The position numbers and the translations under genes were made by a program. From NCBI GenBank assembly GCA_016181725.1, contig JACOYT010000018.1:1-49561 (forward strand): a stretch of DNA of 49,561 nucleotides, given 5' to 3'. Source of the stretch: Candidatus Roizmanbacteria bacterium (GTDB lineage: Bacteria; Patescibacteriota; Microgenomatia; UBA1406; GWC2-37-13). Position 1 is the first letter of the stretch. Each line of letters opens with the position of its first letter. Shown here piece by piece: positions 8,125-16,595 of the stretch. Under the pieces are notes generated by a model. It had not been told where the DNA came from. It did no database searches and saw only the letters and a list, made by a program, of their open reading frames with translations.

Positions 8125-9081
8125 ATGAGAGTACTGGTTGCGGGTGGGGCGGGGTTTATAGGCTCTCACCTGTGTGAACAACTACTTAAAGAAGGGCATG
8201 AGGTAATCTGTGCCGACAATTTCTCAACTGCTTCCTGGGAAAATCTTCAGTCATTGAAAAATAATAAAAACTTTCATCTTTTAAAACACGATATTGTCGA
8301 ACCTTTACCATCGACTCTATCTGTCGACTGTGTTTTTCATCTTGCCTCCCCTGCCTCACCTAACCATCATAGCAAGATTAGCTATCATGCCCTTCCCTTG
8401 GAGACGATCTTGGCAAACACGAAAGGAACGCTTGAACTTCTTACTTTTTCCCAAAAAAATAAGGCGCAATTCCTCTTTGCATCAAGCTCTGAAGTATATG
8501 GCGATCCGCTTGCACATCCCCAAAGGGAAGATTATTTTGGAAATGTCTCAACGACAGGGCCACGATCGGTCTATGATGAATCCAAACGCTTAGGCGAGAC
8601 GCTAACGGCCTATTTTTGGCGAGACAGAGATCTTAACGCCCGGATTGCCCGAATCTTCAACACCTACGGCCCACGTCTCGCAAGAGAAGACATGCGAATG
8701 GTGATTACGTTTATAAATCAAGCCCTTTCGGAAAGCCCAATTACCGTATTTGGTGATGGTACACAGACACGTTCTCTGTGCTACATCGATGATATGATTG
8801 AGGGGTTGACGACTTTGATGTTTCACGCAAATACGAAAGGCGAAGTTGTAAATCTCGGCTCAGAAGATGAACACACCGTTTTAGAATATGCGCAGATGAT
8901 AAAAAAACTCACAAACTCAAAAAGCAAGATCGTCTTTAGTGAACAATTGCCACAGGATGATCCAAAGAAACGATGTCCAGACATATCAAAAGCTAAAAAA
9001 CTATTAGGATGGAAACCAAAAATAAGCCTTGCGGAAGGACTCAAAAGGATGATCGCCTACGTAAAAGAGAGTGCTTATTGA
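8125..9081 (+). CDS. uxs: UDP-glucuronate decarboxylase (UDP-xylose synthase)-like SDR
   Basis: LVAGGAGFIGSHLCE, SSSEVYGDP and YDESKR motifs. It lies directly downstream of ugd. Confidence 0.8.
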   Translation: MRVLVAGGAGFIGSHLCEQLLKEGHEVICADNFSTASWENLQSLKNNKNFHLLKHDIVEPLPSTLSVDCVFHLASPASPNHHSKISYHALPLETILANTKGTLELLTFSQKNKAQFLFASSSEVYGDPLAHPQREDYFGNVSTTGPRSVYDESKRLGETLTAYFWRDRDLNARIARIFNTYGPRLAREDMRMVITFINQALSESPITVFGDGTQTRSLCYIDDMIEGLTTLMFHANTKGEVVNLGSEDEHTVLEYAQMIKKLTNSKSKIVFSEQLPQDDPKKRCPDISKAKKLLGWKPKISLAEGLKRMIAYVKESAY

Positions 9082-9104
9082 TTTAAAATTTAGAACTTAA
9101 AATT
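9077..9104 (+). repeat. 28 bp direct repeat, copy 1 (attgatttaaaatttagaacttaaaatt)
   Basis: Identical to 10302-10329. It overlaps the uxs stop codon (TGA 9079-9081). Confidence 0.9.
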
Positions 9105-9115
9105 AGAAACTTGCT

Positions 9116-10222
9116 ATGAAGTCTGCTGTTATCGTCATCCCAACCTACAATGAGGCGCGAACCATTGAAACGCTAATCACCGGAATCCTCGATATTCAAA
9201 AACATATCTCCGGCTGGCATCTTGAAATACTCGTTGTAGATAGCCACTCACCTGACGGAACCAGCGCAATCGTAAAACGCCTCACAAAAAAATACCCGAT
9301 TATTCACCTTCTTGAAACAAAAAAAGAGGGCTTGGGAAAAGCATATATTGCGGGGTTTACTTATGCAATTGAAAAACTCGATCCTTACGTACTTTTTGAG
9401 ATCGATGGCGATCTGTCTCACAGTCCAAAAAAAATTCCTGAATTCTTAGGAAAGATCGAGGAGGGCACCGATTTTGTGATCGGTTCTCGTTACATAAAGG
9501 GGGGCTCTATTCCCAAAGACTGGGCTCTCCACAGAAAGCTATTTTCTGTTTTAGGAAACGTAATAGTCCGCTTCGGTCTTATGAAACTTTCTGTTTCCGA
9601 TTGGACATCGGGATTTCGGGCAATTAAAAAATGGATTGTTTCAGATGTCATTTCCGAGCTTGAGGATTATTCCGGTTATGTTTTTCAGGTCGCTCTCGTT
9701 GATAAGGCAATAAAAAGGGGAGCGAAAGTACAAGAGGTCCCGATCCATTTTATCGATCGTCAACATGGTGTCTCAAAAATAAATTCGGCGCAATATATCG
9801 TCCAAACTCTTCTTTATATCCCCGCAAATTCCTCTTTTTTCAAATACGTTGTTGTGGGCGTAACAGGGGCAGTACTGGATTACGGTATATCATATCTTTT
9901 CATTGAGCAACTTCGCTGGTATATCTGGCTTTCGACATTAATCAGTGCAGAAAGCGCAATTATCTCAAACTTCGTCTTGAATAATTTCTGGAGCTTTTCG
10001 CATAAAAAACTTGAGCCAAAAAAGTCCGTATATATTCCGAAATTTATCAAATTTAATCTTATCTCATCTGGCGCACTTCTTATTCAAGCAGGAGGGGTGC
10101 AACTTGGAGCAAACCTCTTTGGAGCAAAATTTTGGTGGGTCTATAAGACATTTATCATTGCGTTTGTCATTATCCCCTACTCCTGGCTCCTCTACAACAA
10201 GATCATCTGGAGAGACACATAA
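9116..10222 (+). CDS. GT2 polyprenol-phosphate glycosyltransferase (Dpm1/Ppm1-like) fused to a C-terminal GtrA-like membrane domain
   Basis: IVIPTYNE and EIDGDLSH (DxD-type) motifs occur in the N-terminal half. The C-terminal ~130 aa has 4 TM segments of GtrA type. Confidence 0.85.
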   Translation: MKSAVIVIPTYNEARTIETLITGILDIQKHISGWHLEILVVDSHSPDGTSAIVKRLTKKYPIIHLLETKKEGLGKAYIAGFTYAIEKLDPYVLFEIDGDLSHSPKKIPEFLGKIEEGTDFVIGSRYIKGGSIPKDWALHRKLFSVLGNVIVRFGLMKLSVSDWTSGFRAIKKWIVSDVISELEDYSGYVFQVALVDKAIKRGAKVQEVPIHFIDRQHGVSKINSAQYIVQTLLYIPANSSFFKYVVVGVTGAVLDYGISYLFIEQLRWYIWLSTLISAESAIISNFVLNNFWSFSHKKLEPKKSVYIPKFIKFNLISSGALLIQAGGVQLGANLFGAKFWWVYKTFIIAFVIIPYSWLLYNKIIWRDT

Positions 10223-10301
10223 GAATTCTCAATTCTAAATTTTAATTTTTAATTCAAATCCGAAAACTTAATTTTAAATGTTTAAACATTCTGCATTTAA
10301 A

Positions 10302-10329
10302 ATTGATTTAAAATTTAGAACTTAAAATT
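10302..10329 (+). repeat. 28 bp direct repeat, copy 2
   Basis: Identical to 9077-9104. It lies in a 126 nt pure AT-rich spacer that also holds palindromes at 10277-10290 and 10272-10280/10294-10302. Confidence 0.9.
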
Positions 10330-10348
10330 TAAAATTAGCTTTGAGCTG

Positions 10349-11233
10349 TTATTCTAGCTTCTCCACATATTGCCCTGACACCCATCCCTCTTTTCCTAAT
10401 TCATACTCGATCTTAAACCAGTTATTTTTCTCCTCCAAGACCTCAAACTCATCGCCTGGCTTCACCTGCGCTTCCTCACTTGCCGCCACCGTTGGCTCCT
10501 CGCGCACTCGTAAGAATCCCGTTGGCGTGTCTGTGATTTTAATCCGCGTCTTTTTTGCTGCCGCACTTTCCGTTGCTTCTTTTTTTTCTTTTAGTTTTGC
10601 CGATCCTGTAGCTTCTGGTCTTTTTTGACTCTGATCGATAGCGAGCTTTATCTGTGCATTAATCCGATAACGGCCGTCAATATTTATTTTTTGCGTTCTT
10701 CTGAAAAATCCCGGCATAAAAACGGAAAGTTCATGGGTCCCCTTAAGAACATCAGCCAAAAGAAGAGGCGCAACTCCTTTTTCGTCATTATCCAAATAGA
10801 CTATTGCCCCCTGCGGCTCGGTCTCCATATAAATTTCTCCGTAGTTTTTATTTTTAGAAGGCGATTCCATTTTGGTTACCCAAAAAATCTCCCCAGCCGA
10901 GGTAACATCCGAACTTCCCAATTCCCGATTTACGTAGGTTAAAGCATTTTTAAATATTTTTATCCGTCCCTGCCATGATGCGGTTTGAGTCGCCTCACCT
11001 TGGGGTATAAGTTTCAGTACATATTCGCCGACTTTCACTCGATCTTCAAATGGTGTGGCTCTTCCAACCGCAACGTTGTTTAAAAACAAGCTTGCTGTTG
11101 GGGAGGAGAGAACTTTTATGTTTCCGTACGCGTTCTGTCTGTCTAAGATAAAGAATTTTCCTGCAACGAACAATCCAAAAAGTACAAAAAGAGTCGTAAG
11201 AAGGATGAGTTTGCCCCTCATGCTTGATCTCAT
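10349..11233 (-). CDS. membrane-anchored PEGA-domain protein with a C-terminal SH3b-like domain
   Basis: I prefer the start at ATG 11233 (MRSSMRGKLILLTTLFVLFGLFV signal anchor). There are two PEGA-like repeats, and the C-terminus reads GFLRVREEP...NWFKIEY...GWVSGQYV. Confidence 0.7.
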   Translation of the reverse strand: MRSSMRGKLILLTTLFVLFGLFVAGKFFILDRQNAYGNIKVLSSPTASLFLNNVAVGRATPFEDRVKVGEYVLKLIPQGEATQTASWQGRIKIFKNALTYVNRELGSSDVTSAGEIFWVTKMESPSKNKNYGEIYMETEPQGAIVYLDNDEKGVAPLLLADVLKGTHELSVFMPGFFRRTQKINIDGRYRINAQIKLAIDQSQKRPEATGSAKLKEKKEATESAAAKKTRIKITDTPTGFLRVREEPTVAASEEAQVKPGDEFEVLEEKNNWFKIEYELGKEGWVSGQYVEKLE

Positions 11234-11251
11234 GGTAGAATTTATTATAAC

Positions 11252-12326
11252 ATGCACCGGGGAATAGCCACTTTTACGCTCGACTATGGTCGTTGTCCGC
11301 CTTGGCTCTTTGCAAGGATGGTGAAGCTTGCACGAATTATTGTCGTGGCGATCATTGATCGTTTTGGACAAGAAGAGTTTTTGAGAAGATTATCGGACCC
11401 TGTCTGGTTTCAATCGTTTGGCTCACTCCTTGCCTTTGACTGGAATGCTTCCGGTTTAACCACAACAACCATGGGCGCTTTAAAAGAAGCTCTTTTTGGG
11501 ATGGAGAAAGAGCTTGGCTTATTTGTCGCAGGTGGAAAAGGAAAAACTTCAAAAAAGACTCCTGATCAGATTTTATTCTGGGGAGAAAAAATAAATCTCG
11601 ACCTATCACCATAATTTTTTGTTCACGAAAAGTGGGGCGTGGGCGGTAGTCCAGCAGGGAATGAATACGGATTACGGCAGGGCTCGCCGCTACCATTGGT
11701 TTTCTAAACATATAAAGGAATTGACAATTGAGCCTCACACCGCAATCCAAAGCGAAGTAACTGTCCCAAAGGTTCTCAATCTTTCAGCCACAAAAAGCAT
11801 CCCGAATCGAGAAGGTGTCGTCGAACTGGTAAAACACAAAAGAAATCTTTTTTATGAAATAAAACGGATGAAAAAACACGGTGACCAGCTTACGCTTCTT
11901 GATCTTTCTTCAAACGATTTCTCTGATCACCCAATCGCCCACAAACCTTTTACCTCGCTTAACGCCCAAAACTCTCAAACTCTCTCAACGCTGTTCACCA
12001 AACGTTTAGAAGAAAGCGTGGAAAACATCCTGTCAAAACCGCAAGAGAATTATGAAGATATCCTCATGACCAAAAAGGTTGGGCCAAAGACCATTCGTGC
12101 GCTTACCTTGGTTTCGGAGGTTGTATTTGGGGCTGTGCCTTCTTTTGAAGACCCGGTCCGCTACACCTTTGCCTTTGGCGGAAAAGACGGTGTCCCCTAT
12201 CCTGTGAACCGCAAAATATACGATTCAACAATCGAGATCATTGAAAAAGCAATAAAGAAATCGGGTCTTGGACACGGAGAAAAAGAAAAGCTCCTTCGAA
12301 GAAACGAAAAACTCTTTGCTGCCTAG
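11252..12326 (+). pseudogene. DUF763-family gene interrupted by a +1 frameshift (two ORFs, 11252-11614 and 11595/11619-12326)
   Basis: The N-terminal ORF has PPWLFARM and RRLSDPVWFQ. The second frame is open from 11595 and reads ISTYHHNFLFTKSGAWAVVQQGMN...RRYHW...GPKTIRAL...FGGKDGVPYPV. The two frames overlap at 11595-11611. Confidence 0.7.
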
Positions 12327-12799
12327 GCAGCAACGAGGTCTTTTTCTTTTAAAACTTTTTCAGATTTTAGAGGCGTTTTTTTCTCAGAGATGAGCCTTAT
12401 AACTTCAAACAGCTTCATCTCAAGATCGATTTCAGAAATACCAACTATTGCATAGATTGGCTCTTCTGGCGATATGTCAATACGATCTCTCCTTTCATGA
12501 ACCAGTCGTCCCTCTTCATCTGGGGTATAGGGATAAATATGAAAATCCCCTATTTTTGGATATATGCTTACCGTTGCTTTAAGAAGCTCGGGAATATGCA
12601 GACTGTATTTCCTGTTCCCTATGATCCGTGGTATTGGAGTAATATCAAAGCTTCTGTCGCTTGGCTCAATAACTTGAGCAAATCCCAGAACACCCGAAGC
12701 AAAAATTCTTTCTAACTGATCATAGAAATCGCTTGTTTCAACAGGTGTTCCCTCTCTACTTAATTGTCTTTCAACCGCCATACCTGCATTATACCCCAT
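12323..12799 (-). CDS. hypothetical protein (no recognisable family)
   Basis: 158 aa ORF with no TM segment. Its 3' end overlaps the DUF763 stop by 4 nt. It is divergent from the next gene. Confidence 0.5.
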   Translation of the reverse strand: MGYNAGMAVERQLSREGTPVETSDFYDQLERIFASGVLGFAQVIEPSDRSFDITPIPRIIGNRKYSLHIPELLKATVSIYPKIGDFHIYPYTPDEEGRLVHERRDRIDISPEEPIYAIVGISEIDLEMKLFEVIRLISEKKTPLKSEKVLKEKDLVAA

Positions 12800-12858
12800 A
12801 GTAGCTCTCAGATCAATTCTTATAACAATTGCCAGTCGCTATTGTAAAATATAAAAAC

Positions 12859-13392
12859 ATGCCGGAAGAATTGTATAGATACCAGAGTGAACCTCCAAAA
12901 GCTGTGAGCCTTGAGGAATACCGTCATGCAGTACGGGAATTAAAAGACGGTTTCCTGTCCTTGAATGTAGCTTCGATTCAGACGTTCGAACAGTTATCTA
13001 ACAATCTCAATTTTGTTGGCGTTGACCTTCGAAATATACTACGAAGAAAAGGCAAAAGAATATCGTACAAATTCAAGCATGGTTCAGTCGTGAGGCTCGA
13101 CCGCAATCTGACAGAAAAAATCATTATAAAGGCACTTGCTACGGAAAGTGTTGTAAGTGTTGAGGAAATCGAAGACGATGAGCTCCGGTTTCGGGTCGAG
13201 ATTCCATGGAAAAATACACTTATCGAGGAACAATCTGGAAATGAACCGGGATCGTCAGGGGTTAGCGCTGAAGATATGCGGGGTGAAAAACCAATATCAT
13301 ATGTTCCATTACCGGACGGAGATCAAGATACGTGGCGAAAATATGCAAACTTGGTGAAAGACGGGGTAAGTAAGGTATTGGATGTCATCTGA
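12859..13392 (+). CDS. hypothetical protein (no recognisable family)
   Basis: I prefer ATG 12859 over the TTG at 12829 because a taaaat box at 12845-12850 lies 8 nt upstream. 177 aa, acidic. Confidence 0.5.
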   Translation: MPEELYRYQSEPPKAVSLEEYRHAVRELKDGFLSLNVASIQTFEQLSNNLNFVGVDLRNILRRKGKRISYKFKHGSVVRLDRNLTEKIIIKALATESVVSVEEIEDDELRFRVEIPWKNTLIEEQSGNEPGSSGVSAEDMRGEKPISYVPLPDGDQDTWRKYANLVKDGVSKVLDVI

Positions 13393-13394
13393 CA

Positions 13395-13646
13395 CTATGT
13401 CACCTTATAGACCTCATCACCCTTCTTAACCTCTTGATCAACCTTAACTCCGATTGAGTCGCCTTTTTTTGCCTTCTCTATGTTTTGATGTTCAACCTGC
13501 ATTGACGCTACCTGTTGTGTAAACTCCTTTTCATGCCCTGTCACTTTTATAGTGTCTCCGACCGAAAGGGCATTATTCAACTCAACAACCGCCACCCCAA
13601 TCTTGTCGAAATAATGCGCCACCTTTCCGATCTTCACATCTGCCAT
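13395..13646 (-). CDS. small translation-elongation-factor-like beta-barrel protein
   Basis: 83 aa: KIGKVAHYFDKIGVAVVEL...GDTIKV.GH...Q.V.SMQ.EH..I.KAKKGD.IG.KV. A strong SD (aaaggaggtg) lies upstream. Confidence 0.7.
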   Translation of the reverse strand: MADVKIGKVAHYFDKIGVAVVELNNALSVGDTIKVTGHEKEFTQQVASMQVEHQNIEKAKKGDSIGVKVDQEVKKGDEVYKVT

Positions 13647-13741
13647 AAAGACTCACCTCCTTTAGAAACAGTTAACGAGTAACAAGTCTTACGAGTTCTA
13701 CTGTTTCTTAAGTCTACCACAGATTTTTAAAATACCTCATG

Positions 13742-13852
13742 TTATAAAAGCGAGATAAGACCAAGAAGACCTGCCGCAACAAGTCCCCATACAGCGGCTT
13801 TACGAAGGGTCTCCTTTTTTATCCCCAAGAACTTTTCTTCTTCCTTAGACAT
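13742..13852 (-). CDS. possible 36 aa membrane peptide (below the ORF-track cutoff)
   Basis: ATG 13852 to TAA 13742 encodes MSKEEEKFLGIKKETLRKAAVWGLVAAGLLGLISLL. There is no independent support. Confidence 0.3.
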   Translation of the reverse strand: MSKEEEKFLGIKKETLRKAAVWGLVAAGLLGLISLL

Positions 13853-13886
13853 ATATCAAAATAATTTTACTATAATTGACATCGAC

Positions 13887-14441
13887 ATGGCACTGCAAGA
13901 TGTTCTTCGCGAGATTGAGAAGGAGGCAAAAACTCGTTTCCTCCCCATAATTGGCCCAGAAAAGGGAGAGGTCTTGGTGAAGATTATAAAGAAATATAAG
14001 CCGGAACGGATATTGGAGGTAGGAACATGTGTTGGATATTCAGCGATCTTAATGAGCCGCGATCTCCCCAAAACCGGAAATATTGTTACCATCGAGATCG
14101 ATCCGGAGGTAGCAAGAACTGCACAAGAAAATATTATAAAAGCAAGGGCGCATAAAAAAATTGAAATAGTCATCGGAGATGCCATTGATGCGATACCGAC
14201 GCTTGAGGGACCTTTTGATTTGCTTTTTCTTGATGCGGCAAAAGATAAATATCTTAATTATCTAAAACAGGCAGAAAGTAAACTTTCCCCTGATGCGGTT
14301 GTGGTTGCTGATAATGCCGGGGTGTTTGCCTGGGAGATGCGAAACTATCTCCGATACGTTCGAAAAAGTGGCAGATATAAAAGCACTACCTATGATTTAG
14401 GTTTTGATGCTTTAGAGGTGAGTAAAAAATTATTTACTTAA
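13887..14441 (+). CDS. class I SAM-dependent O-methyltransferase (family 3, caffeoyl-CoA OMT-like)
   Basis: ILEVGTCVGYSA SAM motif I, LLFLDAAKDKYLNYL, and VVADN. Length 184 aa. Confidence 0.85.
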   Translation: MALQDVLREIEKEAKTRFLPIIGPEKGEVLVKIIKKYKPERILEVGTCVGYSAILMSRDLPKTGNIVTIEIDPEVARTAQENIIKARAHKKIEIVIGDAIDAIPTLEGPFDLLFLDAAKDKYLNYLKQAESKLSPDAVVVADNAGVFAWEMRNYLRYVRKSGRYKSTTYDLGFDALEVSKKLFT

Positions 14442-14618
14442 TCGAAATCCGTGATACGCAAGATATGCGGAAACAACAACCGCTGCTCCGCTTAGCCACA
14501 TTGGCACCACCCACCCCGCAATAGCAGCATTCCAACCGTACAAGAGCCGCAATGCATGAAGAACAGTTACCGCTAAAAAGACTAAGCCGGTAACCATCGC
14601 GTATGTCTTTTGGCTCAT
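14430..14618 (-). CDS. hypothetical 2-TM small membrane protein
   Basis: 62 aa with two hydrophobic helices. An SD (aaggaggtg) lies upstream on the minus strand. Confidence 0.5.
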   Translation of the reverse strand: MSQKTYAMVTGLVFLAVTVLHALRLLYGWNAAIAGWVVPMWLSGAAVVVSAYLAYHGFRLSK

Positions 14619-14672
14619 AGCATATTCTCACCTCCTTCCCTTATGATAGGATATATAAAACCTATATTAATT

Positions 14673-15845
14673 TCAAGTAGGAAATACGAATCCTAAGATT
14701 TGAAGGCATTTCCGAAGGACTACCGCAGATCGTTTATCATGCGTTGCTCTACCCGAAAGACCTTTAATATAGGATAATGCGCGGGGGGTGTTCATATCAT
14801 CATTTAAGATATTACAAATATGTTTCAAATGTTGTTTTTTAACTTTATTTATTGTTTTATGACCACCCAATGCGCGAGTAATCTCATCGATGGTTCTTTC
14901 TGCTTCATCTAGTTTATGGTACTCAAATTCCCAAGGGACTCGATAGTGATGGGATAAAAGCATCCAGCGAATAGCGCCTCCTGAGTACTTTTTCAAAAGA
15001 TCCTTCACTAAAATAAGATTGCCAAGAGACTTAGACATTTTTTCTCCCTCATAGATGAGCATCGCAGTATGCACCCAGTATCGAACAAACGGACTTTTTC
15101 CCGTGTAGCTTTCTGATTGCGCAATCTCACTTTCATGATGGGGATAAATTAAGTCTCGCCCGCCTCCATGTATGTCTACCTGCCGCCCTAAATATTGAAG
15201 GTTCATAGCGGAGCATTCGATATGCCAACCTGGCCTTCCTCTACCCCACGGACTCTCCCACCCCGGCTCCCCTTTCTTTGCCCTCTGCCACAGAACGAAA
15301 TCCAAAGGATTTTTTTTCAAAGGATCTTTTGGGTCTGCTCCTCGTTCTTTTGAGAGAACGAGCATCTGCGATCGTGTAAGTCTTGACAACTTCCCGTAGT
15401 CTTTAAACTTTTTGATCTCGAAATAGACATTGTCGTTGCGCTCATATGCATACCCTCTTTTAAGAACTGCTACAATTATTCGAATAATTGTAGCAGTTGA
15501 GGCTGTAGCGTAGACGTAGTGGGTGGGCATTGCAACATTAAGCGCCTTCATGTCAAGCAGAAATTGCTTTGTCCAGTAGTCGCCGAGCTTTTTCCAATCT
15601 TCCCCCTCTTCTCTAGCTCTTTTTAAGATATCATCATCAATATCGGTTACGTTCTGGGTGTAGGTGACATCATATCTTAGAAGGCGAAGATACCGAACAA
15701 ACGTGTCAAAAAATACATACACAAATGCATGGCCCAGGTGGGTGGTATCGTACGGTGTAATTCCGCATACATACAGCTTTACTTTCTTATTCCCAAGTGG
15801 CCGAAACACCTCTTTTTTTCGAGATCGCGAATTAAAGATGTGCAT
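14673..15845 (-). CDS. class-I cysteine-activating ligase of the CysRS/MshC family with MshC-like architecture (no C-terminal anticodon-binding domain)
   Basis: YVCGITPYDTTHLGHA (HIGH region), ERGADP...DFVLW, GRPGWHIECSAM, HGGGRDLIYPHHESE and KMSKSLGNLILV. It is only 390 aa and ends about 40 aa after DDMNTPRAL. Confidence 0.85.
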   Translation of the reverse strand: MHIFNSRSRKKEVFRPLGNKKVKLYVCGITPYDTTHLGHAFVYVFFDTFVRYLRLLRYDVTYTQNVTDIDDDILKRAREEGEDWKKLGDYWTKQFLLDMKALNVAMPTHYVYATASTATIIRIIVAVLKRGYAYERNDNVYFEIKKFKDYGKLSRLTRSQMLVLSKERGADPKDPLKKNPLDFVLWQRAKKGEPGWESPWGRGRPGWHIECSAMNLQYLGRQVDIHGGGRDLIYPHHESEIAQSESYTGKSPFVRYWVHTAMLIYEGEKMSKSLGNLILVKDLLKKYSGGAIRWMLLSHHYRVPWEFEYHKLDEAERTIDEITRALGGHKTINKVKKQHLKHICNILNDDMNTPRALSYIKGLSGRATHDKRSAVVLRKCLQILGFVFPT

Positions 15846-15866
15846 AAAAATCTATTCTACCTGAAA

Positions 15867-15875
15867 TGATATAAT
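15867..15875 (+). promoter_or_regulatory. extended -10 box (TGaTATAAT) for a leaderless GTG-initiated deacetylase transcript
   Basis: Hexamer at 15870-15875, then exactly 6 nt to GTG 15882. A tagaat box on the opposite strand (15854-15859) lies 8 nt before ATG 15845. Confidence 0.5.
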
Positions 15876-15881
15876 AAAGCC

Positions 15882-16595
15882 GTGAAACTCCTTCTTGTTT
15901 TTGCCCATCCTGACGATGAAACCTTCTCCTCCTCAGGTACCATTATACAGCTGGTAAAACAGGGGTTCACCGCGAAACTCATCATGGCAACCCGAGGTGA
16001 AGCAGGGATGCTTGGCGATCCGCCTCTTGCAACCAGAGAGACACTTGGTAAAGTTCGTGAACAGGAATTACGAGAAGCTTCCAAAATAACTGGAATCTCA
16101 CAAATTTACTTCCTCGATTTTATTGACGGCACCCTTCACAAAGTTTCTCAAAAAAAGCTGCAGGCAGAGATCCTTCCCATCATGAAAAAGGAAAAACCGC
16201 ACATGGTGATTACGTTTGAGAAAAACGGAATCTCAATGCATCCTGATCATAAAGCGATCTCAAAAGCAGCGACTGAATCGTTCTTTGAATATATGAAAAC
16301 GGCAAAACACCACGTACGACTCTACCATGTGGTTCTTCCCCGAAGCAATCTCAAGCGTTTTGAAAAAGCAGGATTTAAATATGGTTTCTTTGGAAAAATG
16401 GAGGGTACGCCGGATGAAGAAATTACCACAAAAGTCGACATAAGCCGGGTATATCGGACAAAAATGAAGGCTATGATGTGTCATAAGACACAGCAGCCTG
16501 ATTGGGAGCGTTTACTTAAACGGGCAAAACTTCTTAAAGGAAGATACGAATATTTCACCCTCATCGCAGAGAATTACATTAACTCCCCCAAATGA
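15882..16595 (+). CDS. PIG-L/LmbE family N-acetylglucosaminyl deacetylase (MshB/BshB-like)
   Basis: LLVFAHPDDETF zinc and catalytic motif, a later HPDH motif (SMHPDHKAIS), and CHKTQ near the C-terminus. Length 237 aa. Confidence 0.88.
   Translation: MKLLLVFAHPDDETFSSSGTIIQLVKQGFTAKLIMATRGEAGMLGDPPLATRETLGKVREQELREASKITGISQIYFLDFIDGTLHKVSQKKLQAEILPIMKKEKPHMVITFEKNGISMHPDHKAISKAATESFFEYMKTAKHHVRLYHVVLPRSNLKRFEKAGFKYGFFGKMEGTPDEEITTKVDISRVYRTKMKAMMCHKTQQPDWERLLKRAKLLKGRYEYFTLIAENYINSPK

Noticed and set aside
13664-13708. A 9 bp hairpin (agaaacagt / actgtttct) with a 27 nt loop, directly upstream of the SD of the EF-like gene on the minus strand.
   Set aside because: It could be a regulatory hairpin or the end of the putative 36 aa ORF transcript. 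However, it has no U-tract and no recognisable riboswitch features, and there is only a single stem, which is too little evidence to call.
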